A program made the position numbers and the translations under genes. Of a stretch of 64,000 bases of DNA, positions 26,440 to 39,921 are shown in pieces (positions within the stretch are counted from its first letter, which is position 1; every line of letters begins with the position of its first letter). Origin of the DNA: Convolutriloba macropyga (taxonomy: Eukaryota); NCBI RefSeq assembly GCF_964194025.1, contig NC_134470.1, positions 76,384,001 through 76,448,000 on the forward strand, in the 5' to 3' direction. The notes beneath the pieces were generated by a model. That model worked only from the letters and a program-made list of their open reading frames with translations. It was not told where the DNA came from and did no database searches.

Positions 26440-28360
26440 TGTATTAACAAACAGAAATTTTGTGTTCTTGATGGGAAACAGAGCCAATGACTTTAGGGCC
26501 GCGCTTCTTGTTTGAGCAGAGGAACTGGAGGCCATATAAAGCAGTAAAGTAGAACAGGCTAGTAAAAACGGTGGCGTACGTACAACGAGCCCTGAACAAG
26601 CAAAAATAGTCGACAGTTGTATTCAACACCAAAAACGGGAAAAAAACGAAGGCAGTCACATTCAAACAACTAAAGCAAGAACAATTCGGTAAAACGACAA
26701 TATCTGTCAACGCTGCTAAAGGAAACTCCAAAAAACGGAAAAATCTTGCTATTTCCACCCTTCTGTCATCAAAAAGATCTTTTCAAGCCAAAGCAGGAAT
26801 TGAAGTTCAATTGGATTGCAAAAAAGCATCAAATTATCTTACCTTGTAATTATCACACAGTTGAATTACGTTGGCGTAACAAGCACAAGAAAAACTAAAA
26901 CAAAAGTTTGCAGCAGAGGAACTTGATTCAGGGCGATCGAAAAGCCTCAGTGTCAATTGAAAACAATTGCGTTATCTGCAGAAAAGGCAGAGCACAAACA
27001 ATAACAACAGTAATAGCACACTTATTTCAAGAGCGATTAGATGCTTCAACAGCGTTTGTGAATCATAAGGTAGACTATTTTGGCCCTTTCACTGTGTTGA
27101 TTGGGTGGAGTAACGAAAAGCAATGATCTTGTCTGCTGACTTGCCTGACTTTCAGAACTACACAAGGCGTATCCAAGTTTTACACGGATAGTTGTCACAA
27201 TGCAAGCATGGGATTGGTTGCACAAGAAAAGATCCGGGTAACATAATCTGCTACAAGAGTAGTAACTTTGTTGAAGTTGAATGCGAACAAACAGAGTACT
27301 TTGCGGCATGGGACGAAAAGGGATTAGAGAACCTCTATTTTGAGGAAGAAGAAGATTCATTCCAGCTGCTGTAGCAAGAGTTTTGGGAGTATGGGAATTG
27401 TTGGTAAGAAATTGCAGGAACGCAATTAATGCGGCGTAGGGGAATATATCAGTCGCCGAGGAAGTTCCTTCAACTACGATGTGTATATGGGAACCGACAC
27501 TGAACGCAAGAGTTTTGACTCCAGTCAGTTTAAAGGTTAATGACTAAGGAGCTTTAGCTCCCAAACACTTCTTCGTGGGCAACAAAAACTATTGCTTACT
27601 TTATCTACCATGCCTGGAAAGCTTGTCGACCACCGAAATCTTTTTTTGACAAATCCGAGGTAATGCAAATCTCATTTGTGAAAGATTTCGCAAAGAATAT
27701 TTACCAACTTTGAAATGGGCAAAACTGCGATGTATGGCAAACAAAAATCTTAAAGAAGCCGATCTCGTTTGATTGATCTGAGACAACAAAGAGGGATGAT
27801 TAAATAATTTTTGTTGAGTTACGGCAACTATCGATGGGTCTGAAAAACAGTTGATAGGTGTGTTTCAACCAGCAATAGTTCGAACGAACCACGATGTTTA
27901 CAGGTGACCACCAGTCAAGATCAATCTTGTACTACCAAACGAAACTAATGTTTTTGCGCTTGGAAACAGTGCCGCCGATACTAGGCGCCGAGCTTCTGAA
28001 TTGAGGAAACCATGGAAACGCATGGACATTCAGTGAGTCAAACATGAAAATATATTCGGAAGAAAAAACAAATTACAAAATTGCGAGGAAACCATTACCA
28101 ATTTGCATTAGATCGGATACGACTGATTTGCGAAACAGCTGTCGATGATACAAAAAATTGAAAAATATTCTCATTGGTTTTCAAACTTTCAATGACGTCA
28201 AATTTACATTAAAAGAAATTACTTTGCTGAAAAAATTTCTGTCGACATCCTTATCTACAAGCAATCAAATATACAATTTATGACATGTATAACCACGTAC
28301 CAAAATACTATAACCATTTAGACTAGCATAAGTATTTCTTGTTTCGATAGATCATATTAG
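26440..28360 (+). mobile_element. Second, internally deleted BEL/Pao integrase/3' copy in tandem
   Basis: CVICRK zinc-binding motif and VDYFGPFTV. 27960-28350 duplicates 26030-26430. Confidence 0.85.
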
Positions 28361-29219
28361 TGATTGTGCAGCCTAACTTACCGTTGTATTGTTGAAAAGA
28401 CCAATAGCTTATTTTCTCATTCTTTCCTACTGAGGAACAAAGTTCTCAAAAACGATAAATTTTGGGCTAAGCATAAATTTAGTTTCCCTTACTGGCTCTA
28501 ACGAAACCTAGAATATTTATGATGCTGTGTTGTTATTGGAACCAACTGAAAACAGTAGTTCTTTATTTATTTGAGTCAGTTTTTTTAATTTCCGAGTTGA
28601 TTGGAAATTGCCCCACTTCAGCAGGAGAACGATAAAAACTCTAAATTGGGTTGACGGTTACTTGATATCATCTTTCACAGTTTCTTGAGCCGATTTCCAA
28701 TATTCGATTTTTAAGTTGAGTTTTTAACACAACTCAAAAAATTTGATTCTTTCAATTTGGATTTTTTTTTTTTGATATTCTGAGCGGAAAAAGTTTGTTG
28801 AACAGTGTTAGCTGTTGAAACTAATTGAGTATTGTGTAATGCAGAGGTTATCTACAATATAGCGGAAATTACAGTTTACAAAAACTAACTGAAAAAACGT
28901 AACGGATTTGAAACCGCTGAAACGAACTGGGCGGAGTAAAGATTTCTTTGTTCTTGATAGGAGAGCAGCCGTTACAAAATGAGTTCTTTAGTCTGCTTTT
29001 TAATCTGTTGAAAATTTCATGCTGGTTTCTGGCAAAATGATTTTTTGCAACCTTGAATTGTTTGCTGAGTCTAAGCGTGACGAAAAATTCATTTGAACTT
29101 TTGTCCAGGTCTGAGCTGACCAAACCAAGTTTGAATACAGCATTGTTTTTCCACTTGCAGTGAAATAAACACAAAAAATAACTATCAAAAGTTTTGACAA
29201 GCGTTTTTATTTAACTAAC

Positions 29220-29745
29220 CGTAATTTTCATCGTAGCTCTTTTGAGCTTTGAAAACGACCCACTGCAGCATTGTCATTCCCTCTTTAGTCCGGCTGATTT
29301 CATATTGTAGGAGATTGTATCTCCTCAGCAAACCCAGACCCATTTGAAGTGTCTCATATTCTCTATTGTTCAGCAGAGTGAAGAGTATGTCTCCTCCCCA
29401 CTGCTGGTACTTGTCATTTCTTCTCTCTTCACTGTCTTCAATTTCAAAGCCAAGATATTCCGCGAAGAATACATCGCACTTGGCAGAATCAGAGAACAAC
29501 ATACAGAAGAATTCTAACTTTTTCAAACTGCACTCGAACACACACTGGTCTTCAAACTTGTTGGTGAGGGTAGACGATTTAATCTCACTACAGCCAAGTA
29601 GCATAAACAGTTTGTCTTTTCTGTCCCGATAATAACTCTGCCTAACTATTATATCAATTAAAGTCGCTTGTGGATATCTTCTGTTTATTTCATGTGACAG
29701 CACATTGCGTTTGCGGAGTAGTTCGATACAGTTCTTTGTTGCGCT
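29220..29745 (-). CDS. Candidate internal exon with duplicated ankyrin-like helical motif
   Basis: Open frame of ~175 codons ending at a phase-1 donor ACG|GTTAGT. Internal repeat ELLRKRNVLSHEINRRYPQATLIDII / GLLRRYNLLQYEISRTKEGMTMLQWV. Acceptor uncertain. Confidence 0.55.
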
Positions 29746-30278
29746 ACCTCCATCCTGGTAGAGATCTCGACTGTTTTATTCAATAGAAAACTTCGTGTTG
29801 CCAAGATCTTGTTTCGTTATAGCCACGCAAAGATCATACAAGTTCAAACATATCTTGATGTTTTTTGCCATGTAACATGACAAGAACTTGGCAATATTAT
29901 GCATGTTTTATCATGTTTCTTATGTTTTTTATCATTATCAAGTTTGGTTTCACTGGGGTAGCAATCAACTTGATTGCAACTAGAACTCTGAACGACATTT
30001 TATTTGAAACAATTTTAAAAAAGAAAGGAAATTGTACCGAAAAAAGAGAACTAGTTTGAGTCACAATAAAAGTGTTCATCTGGTGGTGGTCAAGAGAAAA
30101 GAGCGACGTAAAAGCGACTTTTGAGAGTGCGTTTTTAGACGCCCTCCGCGAATTCCAAGAATATACCACAGCTGATGGCAGGCATGGTCATGAATAGCGG
30201 TCTGATTCAGAGTTAAGGAAAATTTACGGAATTTGAATTATTTTAATTTTATTTGAAAAAAATTTCATAATCAAAGCA

Positions 30279-30692
30279 AACGCTAAAAAAAGTTTAAGTG
30301 ATTTTACCTGAATCGGATTCAGGTAATCACAAGTACATGTGAATTTTAGTTCAAATGCACCTGCAACACACCTGAACTGTAGTTCAGGTAAATTTATACC
30401 TGAACGAGTTTAGATGTAGTTACCTGAAAAAAATTTTTATTGCATTTAGCAAAATAACAACAAGAAATTTTCTTCAAATTAAATTATACTATAAATAAGA
30501 CAAATATACCAAATTTAGGGAAACAACACATTTACCAAGCAATGTCCAGCAATTTCTTGAGTTTCACTGCGGTTAATTAAATTTAAAATTTTTCTACTCT
30601 TCAACCCTACTGTTGTGTCTGGCTCAATAAAGCTTTTTTGACCTAAATTCAAGTGTTGTTTCAGTTAAATTTACTTGAACTTTTTTAGAGTG
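30279..30692. mobile_element. Non-autonomous CACTA/EnSpm-like element (414 bp)
   Basis: Imperfect TIRs aacgctaaaaaaagtttaagtgattttacctgaa / reverse complement cactctaaaaaagttcaagtaaatttaactgaa. 2-bp TSD CA; subterminal acctgaa repeats. Confidence 0.75.
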
Positions 30693-30869
30693 CACCGGCA
30701 AGTTTAAACGTTAATCGACGTACTATTTTCGAAAGAAATTGTAATTATTTACATAATTTTCCGCTAGATTTTTTAGAGCCAGTTTGTGTTTCCCAATCGG
30801 ATCACATTTAGAGAGTCGATATATTTTGATATTGTCATTACAGCAATAACCGGAATATATTACAACTTA

Positions 30870-31136
30870 TTATTATAGTTTTTGGTGGACCGATTTTCCA
30901 GCTAAAATCACTGTACAACTCAAAATCAATGTGTTTTGGAAGTCTCATGGGGGGACTCATAGGGGAGCTTTCATTGCCTTTACTAGTCATGTTCATGGCG
31001 GAATTCCCAAAAGTCAAAATCTCTACCCAGTGTTTATCTGAGACAGCGCACCAATAGAGTAAGTTGAGAGTACAAATTGTTCCATCATCAACACAATCCA
31101 CCTCTTCACACGACACTATGGTGTTTTCAAGCAAGC
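30870..31136 (-). CDS. Candidate exon 3 of the helicase gene
   Basis: Acceptor ttgtttag|gc is phase 1, matching the phase-1 donor of exon 2. It opens (G)LLENTIVSCEEVDCVDDGTICTLNLLYWCAV... The 3' boundary is uncertain. Confidence 0.45.
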
Positions 31137-32848
31137 CTAAACAAAGAGAGTGTTCAGATTGAAACCCAGACCGAAATCTTCTTTGATCAGAACGTCCCAG
31201 ACCAAAGGTAACTCTGAACAGACCGATTCTGGCCGAAGTAATCTCTGTTCTCAGATCGTGGGCTCAGAGCTCCGTTTGCTCTCAAAATGCTTCCGAAAAC
31301 CTCCTCTGGTTCAGTCAGCCTCTGGAAATCGTCTCTGATCATACTCGAAAAGCCTCTCGTAAGAAACAAGTGTGCTTTAAATGGTCTGATCAGATGGTCG
31401 TTTTAACTTTGGACATATCTCCTGTTATCGCTGTAACACATATCTTTCTTTAAAATAAGGTTTTCAGTCAAATAGTTTCATCTAAGGAAACCAATTCTAA
31501 AAGTTTTTGCCAACAAAAAAATCACAATCGCAGGAAAAATAAATTACTAAGCATGCCACTAAGTAATTAAGCAGTGGTTTTGACTCAGAAGATGAAATTA
31601 GACAATACGAAGGACTTGATCCACTGATACTAACTTTAATTTCTAAAGGGGACCGGTAATTGTTATCAATTGGACCGCTGAGTTATGACTGCTGGCATCA
31701 TCAGACTCTATATGAGTGTGCGAGACGAAAACTGCCATTTTCTTGCCCCCTGACAAAAACCAAAATACCTCAGGCGAAAAAAGACATAAAAACCGAGAGG
31801 CAAAAATTATTTCAAAAGGAACCAATTGGTTATACTCAAAATAACCCGTTAATGGTTATGGTTGTGGTAAACTACGGCTAAAGCTTGGTGTTTAGCCACA
31901 GATGAAGAGTTATGGCTAGCCACGAGCAAAGGTGCTTCGCTCTTTGTTCCACAAAATCGTTCAGCTTTGATATAGACCATTCGTTCTTGGTCCACCACAA
32001 GCATAGTCTGTTGGGTAACCAAAAGCTAAGTAATGAGTCAGTAGCAGCTGTAACAGCTGATACTTATTTGAGACTTATCACTCCACCAAATGATGCGTCT
32101 GGATAAAAACGTGTGTATATTGAAGTTGTACTAGCCAAAATGAAAGGCCATTTACTGGCTTATTCCAGCCACTATGTTGCATTTTTCTCATTATTTAGAA
32201 TAGTATGACAAATTTTTTATTCTTTTAAATGTAAGCACTTGTTGAAGCTATAATTCTTTTATTTTTCAGCTATCATTTCAATTTTTAGATATATAAGCTT
32301 TGGTATTTCCTTTTTATTTCAATTATGTTTAATTTATAGGCTTCTATGTTTCTTGATCAACTTTACAATCAAATAATAACTCTCTATCTCTTTCAGCTTT
32401 GTTGACTGTACCTTATCTCGTTTTATTTTTTATTATTCATTGTTTAAGTCCACATCATATCTCAGGGAAAGCATGATTAGTATACTATTGAATGCTTTAT
32501 TAAAGTTCTTGAAGAATGCCGAACCGTTGTAAGTTTAAATTTAATTTGTGTTTGTATTGAAGTTTTACATGATGTCTATCTGTGCTGGTTTATGATACAT
32601 TATATCATCATCATCTCTACCTGTTGTAAAATTTTGTGCTGAGTTTTCATCTAGATTATCACCAATATCATCCATTAAAATCGTATTTGTTGTTTATAGT
32701 AAGACCATTAATATTTCCAATGTTGTAACTTTTCAATCTATTTCATATTTACAGAATAAATAACTAAATATTTTCGAATTTTCAAATTGTTCGAATTGTT
32801 CTAGAGTTTTTCGAATTGTTCTAAGTACTCCTTAACGAAATATGTTTT

Positions 32849-34028
32849 CCCGTACCGAACTCCAAGTCTATATCAGTACTAGGCAAGTCTAAATCCAAGT
32901 CTTATTTCGTTTTCCAGTACTGGGCAAGTCTTAAAAAAAGTCTTACAAGTCTGACAAGTCTTGGCCAAGACTTGGGTAACACTTGCAAGTTGATTCCCAA
33001 GTCAAACCCAACTTTTCAAAAAAATTCGAGTGAAATTTTCGAATTCAAAAAAATTTCGCAACGTGCCACGATTTTGGCATTACTTTTTGGCCACTTTCCC
33101 GGGGTGCTAGAAAATGATGCCGGGGGCATACCAAATTGATTATTGGGTGATTATTAGCCCCCCGGGAGGGTCCATTGAGGGTTTTTCAGGTGTTTTGGGC
33201 CGTTTTGAGCCATTTTTCAGCCGTTTGGAGCCGAATTTTAGCCGAAAATCACCAAATTTATGTACTTTTCAGATCAGCCAAATGTCGAACTTTAACCGAG
33301 GCAAAATTGTCAAAAGGGGTGCTACTGTGAGGGTTCCCATGATAGCCCGAGGTCCCGTGGTGCGGCACCCAGTGGACCCTATTATGGCGCAAAGTCCTAC
33401 AAATCTGCCCGAACAAGCGCCGAGAGACTGGATTAAGACTTGGCAAGTCTTGGCCAAGACTTGGATTAAGACTTGCCAAGTCTTGACCAAGACTTGGATT
33501 AAGACTTGCCAAGTCTTGGCCAAGACTTGGATTAAGACTTGGCAAGTCTTGGCCAAGACTTGGATTAAGACTTGGCAAGTCTTGACCAAGACTTGGATTA
33601 AGACTTGCCAAGTCTTGGCCAAGACTTGGATTAAGACTTGGCAAGTCTTGGCCAAGACTTGGATTAAGACTTGCCAAGTCTTGGCCAAGACTTGGATTAA
33701 GACTTGGCAAGTCTTGGCCAAGACTTGGATTAAGACTTGGCAAGTCTTGGCCAAGACTTGGATTAAGACTTGCCAAGTCTTGACCAAGACTTGGATTAAG
33801 ACTTGCCAAGTCTTGGCCAAGACTTGGATTAAGACTTGGCAAGTCTTGGCCAAGACTTGGATTAAGACTTGGCAAGTCTTGGCCAAGACTTGGATCAAGA
33901 CTTGCCAAGTCTTGGCCAAGTCTGACAAGTCTTAAATGTGTTATGATCATAGCTCTGAATCAGCACTGATACCTAGACTTGCAATTAGACTTGCCCAGTA
34001 CTGATATTGACTTGGCGTTAAGTACGGG
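32849..34028. mobile_element. Non-autonomous CMC/EnSpm-like element (1180 bp) containing a palindromic minisatellite
   Basis: ~45-bp TIRs cccgtaccgaactccaagtctatatcagtactaggcaagtctaa / reverse complement cccgtacttaacgccaagtcaatatcagtactgggcaagtctaa; flanking TT on both sides. Confidence 0.85.
33425..33932. repeat. 33-bp minisatellite (~15 copies) TTGGATTAAGACTTG(G/C)CAAGTCTTG(G/A)CCAAGAC
   Basis: Near-perfect period of 33, built from three 11-bp AAG(A/T)CTTG subunits; contains overlapping palindromes. Confidence 0.97.
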
Positions 34029-35579
34029 TTACCAGATCATGTTGCACCATAAACAATTATGTGTATTGGTCAGTTTTCTAAATAAAACTAGCCTAGCTCT
34101 CTTTATAAACCTAAAACGTGTCTTCTAGTTTTGCATAATTTTCTAATGCGAAACAGTAGAATAAATAAGGGCAAAAGAAATTTTCATTAAATAGGGTTAA
34201 AAACCCGTACCAATAATCACACTGATACTTGTTATATGAAGACAACAGAAACGAAGAAAACCGGCAAAGTTCAATGTTCAGCATTCTTCTGTAACAATGG
34301 TTGAAAAGCAGAAAACCATTTGACAATTTTTACAGATGAACAAAGAGATTGATTTTCTGTCATTCGACGGTTGGGCTAGTCATTATTGAGACTAAGTATT
34401 AAATCAACAAAAAAAGAACGATAAAAGTATAAATAAATCTTTTCAAATTTCAAAAACAACATAATTTAAGGCACTTTAGCGGTATACAATCAACTGAATT
34501 CTTTATACATGTAAAGCCTTGCCCATAAAAAAATCAAAGAAATTTTAATTTTAGACAACTACTGCAACAAATTAGTGTTTTATGAACGCACATAGTGTTT
34601 CCACAATAAAAATCACAACACTTTATATGAAAACATTTAACACTTTCTCCTAAGCAAAGGTGAGGATATATATTACTACTAATTATGAGAAAAATACTAC
34701 TAAATTATTACTAAAACAAACAGGAAACACGGTTCAATCCAGGTTTTTAAATCTTCTTCTATGAAAACGCAATCTCAAAATCATTAAGTTCATTAGCTGC
34801 CCATTGACCGATTAAAACTATTGAACTATCTAGAAAAAATGACGTCTTAATACTATTTGCCATCAAAGTAAAAGAATTTCAATCGCTTCACCTGAAAAAC
34901 AAAACTTGATTACAGCACCTCACTCTTTTTACCTCACTTCAAAAGGGGAGTGCAAACTCTTTGCAACCAAGCTCTTCGGTGCGCTTTTTTAATTAATATA
35001 GTTTTACCCAAATCCAATCTGTTGCCAACATCAAAATGTCAAAAATTAAGCAGATTTTGCAAAAGATGGCACCAATTTTCATTCAATGTTTATGGATTCC
35101 GGAAAACATCTAGGATTGTTCATATCAATAACAACCCTTTTTGCTTCGCAGCTATTGAAATTTCTAATGTAAATTCTAATGAAAATTTTTTTCAAAAGAT
35201 CTGGCGACTAAAAAATGCGCTAAAAAACCAAAAATTTCTTCAAGCGACTTAAATTAGCAAAATTTTTAAAACCCTTTTTCTAAGTGGTATAAATTCATTG
35301 TGCCCCCGTTTTAGTTGTTGAAGATAGTTTGAGTCGATTTTAGGCAGTGCTCCAGAGAAAAATTATTAGTTTTAACTAAATTAAAGGAGTTTTTGCCGGT
35401 TAAACAAAAGATTGCACAACCAGGTCTCAACTTAAAAAAAGAAAACTTTGTTGTAATTGAGCACATTCTAACTCAATTCGGCAAAAAAAACAACTTTTCG
35501 AAGAAATTTTAAATGAGCTAGCAAATTTCAGCCAAAGTTCGTTGAAACATTCTACACCAATAACTCTTCAAAAAAGAAA

Positions 35580-35985
35580 AAAAAATCGTAAAATAAGAAC
35601 GATAACTCAATGGAGCCCTGTTGATTGTGCCCAACGGATTTTGTGGGAACTGGAACTATCCCCTCAAAGCGCTTTCTTAAGTTAATGTTGCCGAAATCTT
35701 TTATAATTTTTGTCCCCTAGAGTTTTGAATGATATCACTAGAAAAATAGAGGGCTTTTTTGATAACACTAGAAGGCTCTTAATCACATTATTTTACGCTT
35801 GACGGGTTTTCTAGTGATATCTTTTTAAACTAGGCCATAAAAATGTTAAAGTCTGTTAACAAAGATAATCGAAAAAACACGAGTTGAGCGTATAGTTCCC
35901 CTTCCCATAAACTGGCCTGGGCAGAATCAACAGAAAGTCGTTTCAGTGCTCTCGCGCGTTATTGCTCTTTTTATTTATGATATAA
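35580..35985. mobile_element. Degenerate foldback/MITE-like inverted repeat
   Basis: gatatcactagaaaa (35731) vs ttttctagtgatatc (~35807), and ctgttgattgtgccca..ggaactat vs atagttcc..tgggcagaatcaacag. Confidence 0.65.
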
Positions 35986-36683
35986 TTATTTTTGATACTT
36001 TTTATTTATGATACCTGAAGATAAAATTTGAAAGAAAGGTATTTATGGAAGAAAAGTGTGATTACTTTCTGTTTGTCAGTAGTTAACTCTAATGCTGTGT
36101 AGCAGAAACCTCTTTTAATTATTTGCTTTGGCACAGTTGCTGCTTTATAAGTATGCTGATATTGTTTGATGGATTCATTTTCAAGCAAAAAAATGCACTA
36201 AATGGTAGTAAATTGTAAATTTCAGGAGTCAGAACCTAACAAATAACGAGCCTTTTAGTATGTAACGGGCGCGATGTTTTACAGAACAATAGTGTGGCTG
36301 AGAGATTTGCTGTAAAAAACAGTAAAAATAAATATTTTTCACCGTATTAAAGTACTTGCATCTTTTACCTGTGAATTTTTATTGAACTTTTGTAACAATT
36401 GCGGTGAATGTGTCACTTCTTACCATAGCAAAATCAACATGCCAGTTTGAGACGCCGACCTCTTCCAGGCTTATATGCTAAAACTTAGTATCGTAAACTT
36501 TTTAAAATCTAAATCGGATTAATTCTGCTATAAATAAAAAATTATAATCGGCCCCGTCAGCGGTTTTTTACGGCAATTTTTTAAACCCCATTTACTGAAT
36601 TGAGCATTAAAAGACGCAATTCTTACAACCAATCACCGCAAGTATGAACATTTATATTTACACTCAAAATAAACAAAATCAAC

Positions 36684-37605
36684 CTGCATCGGGTTTCGCA
36701 GGGCTGGTCGGGGAGGGCCATCTGAAGAGACCGGGAAATGCGGCCGAAAGTTGAAGGCGGATCGTGCTTGGTTTTCTCATTATTGTTTGCGTGAAATTCC
36801 CCTTCATCAGTTTACCCAGTTCACTTCTCCACCAATCCCATGCCTGTGTTAGATCACAATCCTGTGGTTCTAGCCAGTTGGTGAACGTGACCTTTTCATC
36901 CAGAAACTGGTAGAACAATGTAACGTAAATATTGGTATCTGGTGACACGTAAGTTGAAAGCAACTCTTTGACTTCTGAAAGTCCTGCATTAACAATTATT
37001 CCTACCTCATATTGGGCTCTTGAAATAGCCAAGGTAACATCATTCAAAAGACGATTGTCTGTTTTGTCTATTGCAAGTAAGACTGATTGAAACTCTGAAC
37101 CTGAAACTTGCCATGAATATTGAGAAAAAACGACTTCAGTTGCCTTCCATTTTGATTTTAGCTGGTCAATTTTGCATTCTTCTGGCAAGTCATCAGACGA
37201 TAAAATAACAATCAATCTGCTGGAAAAATTGTCTCCAAGGAAAGCATCGCACCCAGTGAACAAAGATTCAAAGACGTTCTGTACGTAACAAACGGATACA
37301 TTTCGCTGTTCAGCCGTGAAGCATCCAGCCAATTTCACATTTTCCACAGGGAAAGGAAGTTCATTTCTCTGCTTCTCGATATATTTGCTTGTTATAGTGC
37401 TAATGTGGCTTGAACTTCGAAAGAGAATGTTCAAATTCTCATGCTTAAAATAAGCAGGAAGTTTACGCATCTCTATTTCAGAATAAGTTCCCAGTCCGAT
37501 TCCAGTAGAAGATATCCAGCAGATTCGGAAGTTAGGTAAATACTCCATCATGCCATCATCTATGCGGAATTTCATTTCGTCTATCATCAAAGCACTTTGC
37601 TTTCG
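36684..37605 (-). CDS. Exon 2: SF1 (Schlafen/UvrD-like) helicase motifs II-VI
   Basis: Phase-0 acceptor ttatag|CGA. Motifs ALMIDE (Walker B), LNILFRSSSHI, QVSGSEFQSVLL (V) and LAISRAQ (VI). Donor GCAG|GTTGAT is phase 1. Confidence 0.8.
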
Positions 37606-39921
37606 CTATAACGAATCATTTTCAAGCAAGAAAAGTTACACCAAACATTCTTGATGTTTTAGATTATTATATAAATCTCTGACCATTAGTGTGAATTTAT
37701 TTCTATATGTCTTTGGGCCGATTGAAAAAAAAACTTTTTTTAAAAAAAAAGGACAATAGCGAAGATGTCCTAAAAACCGTATGATAACAAAAAATTTTTT
37801 TCAAGGCCGGCTACATAAAAGTTTTTAACTAAAAACTTTTTGAAATTTTAGAAACCAAAATAAAAATCAAAATTACTTGAAACTAAAAAGAGATGAGTTT
37901 CATAAAACATAAAACTAACATAAAACTTGCCCGATTAATAAAACTTGCCCGATTAATAGTTGTTTTTTTAAAAAAAAATTAATCGCTTATTGGCAAATTT
38001 ATGAAAAAAACTGCCTGTTTTCTTTATGGGTGGTTTCAGTTACTCTTATCGCTTCAAGTTGATGTTACCCAGCCCTTGGGCCTCAAGCCAAGCCAAAACT
38101 CCTGTCGATCTTCTGGACTTTTTTCCATGAAAACTATTCTGAGACTAACCTCTGCTCTTGGCGCTATTCATGTAGATGCTCCATATGTATTACCTGACTT
38201 CTGTGAGAGGGATATTGAATCACCTCAACTTTTTCATATTATTATTATTATACTGATGGCAAACATAACAATTATCAACAAAAGCTGGGCTTCTTTTCTG
38301 ACGAAATAGTGACTTCGGGCTTTTTTAAAATGTTTTTAGCAACTAAAACACGCAAAAGAAGCAAAACACTCAAAACTAGATAAGCAATCTTAAAAATTCT
38401 GCCTGCTACAGACGTTGACGCAATAAGTGATCGCTTTGAGTTCATTTTGTTGAAAAAATATTCCTACATAAATGCCAAAAAAACTTCTGTGGGGGTTGCA
38501 AAAAAAGAAAAACTTATTTAAGTTTTCATCTAATAGGACGCAGAGGATGTAACGAAATACAGTTTCGAGAACTCCAAAACTTAACAGCTGCCGGTTGCTA
38601 CAATAATATCTTTAAAATGATTAATTAGAGTGCTAAACGGGAATCATATTTTGAAAATCATTTTTTACCGAAACGATCGTTGCTACCACTACAGCAGCTG
38701 TGTGCGCGGTTCAACAAATTTTACTGAAAAAGCAGTAAAAAATTTTTTAACCACTTTAAACGCATTCACCTCAAATCTTACATGATTCATTAAGAAATCG
38801 AGGCTATAGAAAACAGTGCTAACTTATTGAGGAAGCTTTGTACAGATTTGTAGTGTAGCGCAGTTTGAGTTTTTTTAACGTTGTCAATGCATTCACGGCT
38901 ATTCTTGCATCTTTTCCTGCGGAAAATTTACGCGATGAAGATATTCGGTAAATTTGGCGGTCCATTTTTTGTAAGATTTACACTTTCTGGCGGTAAAATA
39001 TTTCTTTTTTTCCACGCTCAAAGCAATTTCTACATTTTTCAGCTATTTTTAGCGTTCACACGTCGACTCGAGCAACAGTTACCTTTAGTCATCACATCGA
39101 TTCCTGTCATTGAGTTTCTCAAAAAAAGGAAAATAGTGGACATCAATCACGAAATTAACCTGATCTTTGTCACCAGAATCAGCGGATAACATTCCTGCGT
39201 CGCTCACCATAAGTTTTTCTTAGTACTCATACAGAGTCGTACATGTTTCTAAGTAACGGTATAAAGTCATATATGATTTGTATGAATTCTTGTAAATCAT
39301 GCCAATATCTTAAAAATTTATATAGTTTCTAATCAAATTGTCCTTTGACTTGTAGCTCATGGCTGCGAATTTTTCTCGTTCTTTTTAGTATGGAAATAAA
39401 GTTGAACTTTTAAATAGAATTTCGGTTTTTTTCTTAGGTGCCCCCCATTTCTTGTGCCCTTATAAGTACTTCTCACTATTCTGGTGTACATTTCGCTTTC
39501 TTTTATAATTTAGGGTGCTATATTTCTGTTCCTCCTGCGTTTTTAGGTTCTGGCGTATCCGGAACCCTTTTATGTCTTTTAGCTATCATAGCCTTTGTTT
39601 TTTCTTGCGTTTTTGTTCTTGTGCTTTGCCAACCAATTACGCTTTCTTTGATTACGTCGGATTGTCACTCGATTAAGTGTCATTGAAAAAAAATATTGTT
39701 ACCAAGAGCAACAGTTATGATGCGGACAACAGCGACAGCACGAGTAGACCACAGCACTTGATTTGTACACAGTTGTCCACAATTGCTCGGAAACAATCGT
39801 CACTTTTTTGTCCTTACACTCTTATGCTAACTTTTTTTTGCAAACTAACGATGGTTGTATTAGTCATGTGTAGAGTTTCTTTTTTTAAGATTCCGTTTTT
39901 GTGAACAGTGGAAATGATTAC

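Noticed and set aside
33425-33932. CRISPR-like array
   Set aside because: Units are contiguous with no unique spacers, the context is eukaryotic, and there are no cas genes.
39060-39800. Solo LTR or primer-binding site (minus-strand tggtgaca)
   Set aside because: No TG..CA boundaries, TSD or second copy could be identified.
39814-39921. C-terminal 35 codons of the 713-aa ORF
   Set aside because: Probably intron read-through past the phase-0 donor; Walker B lies in the next exon.
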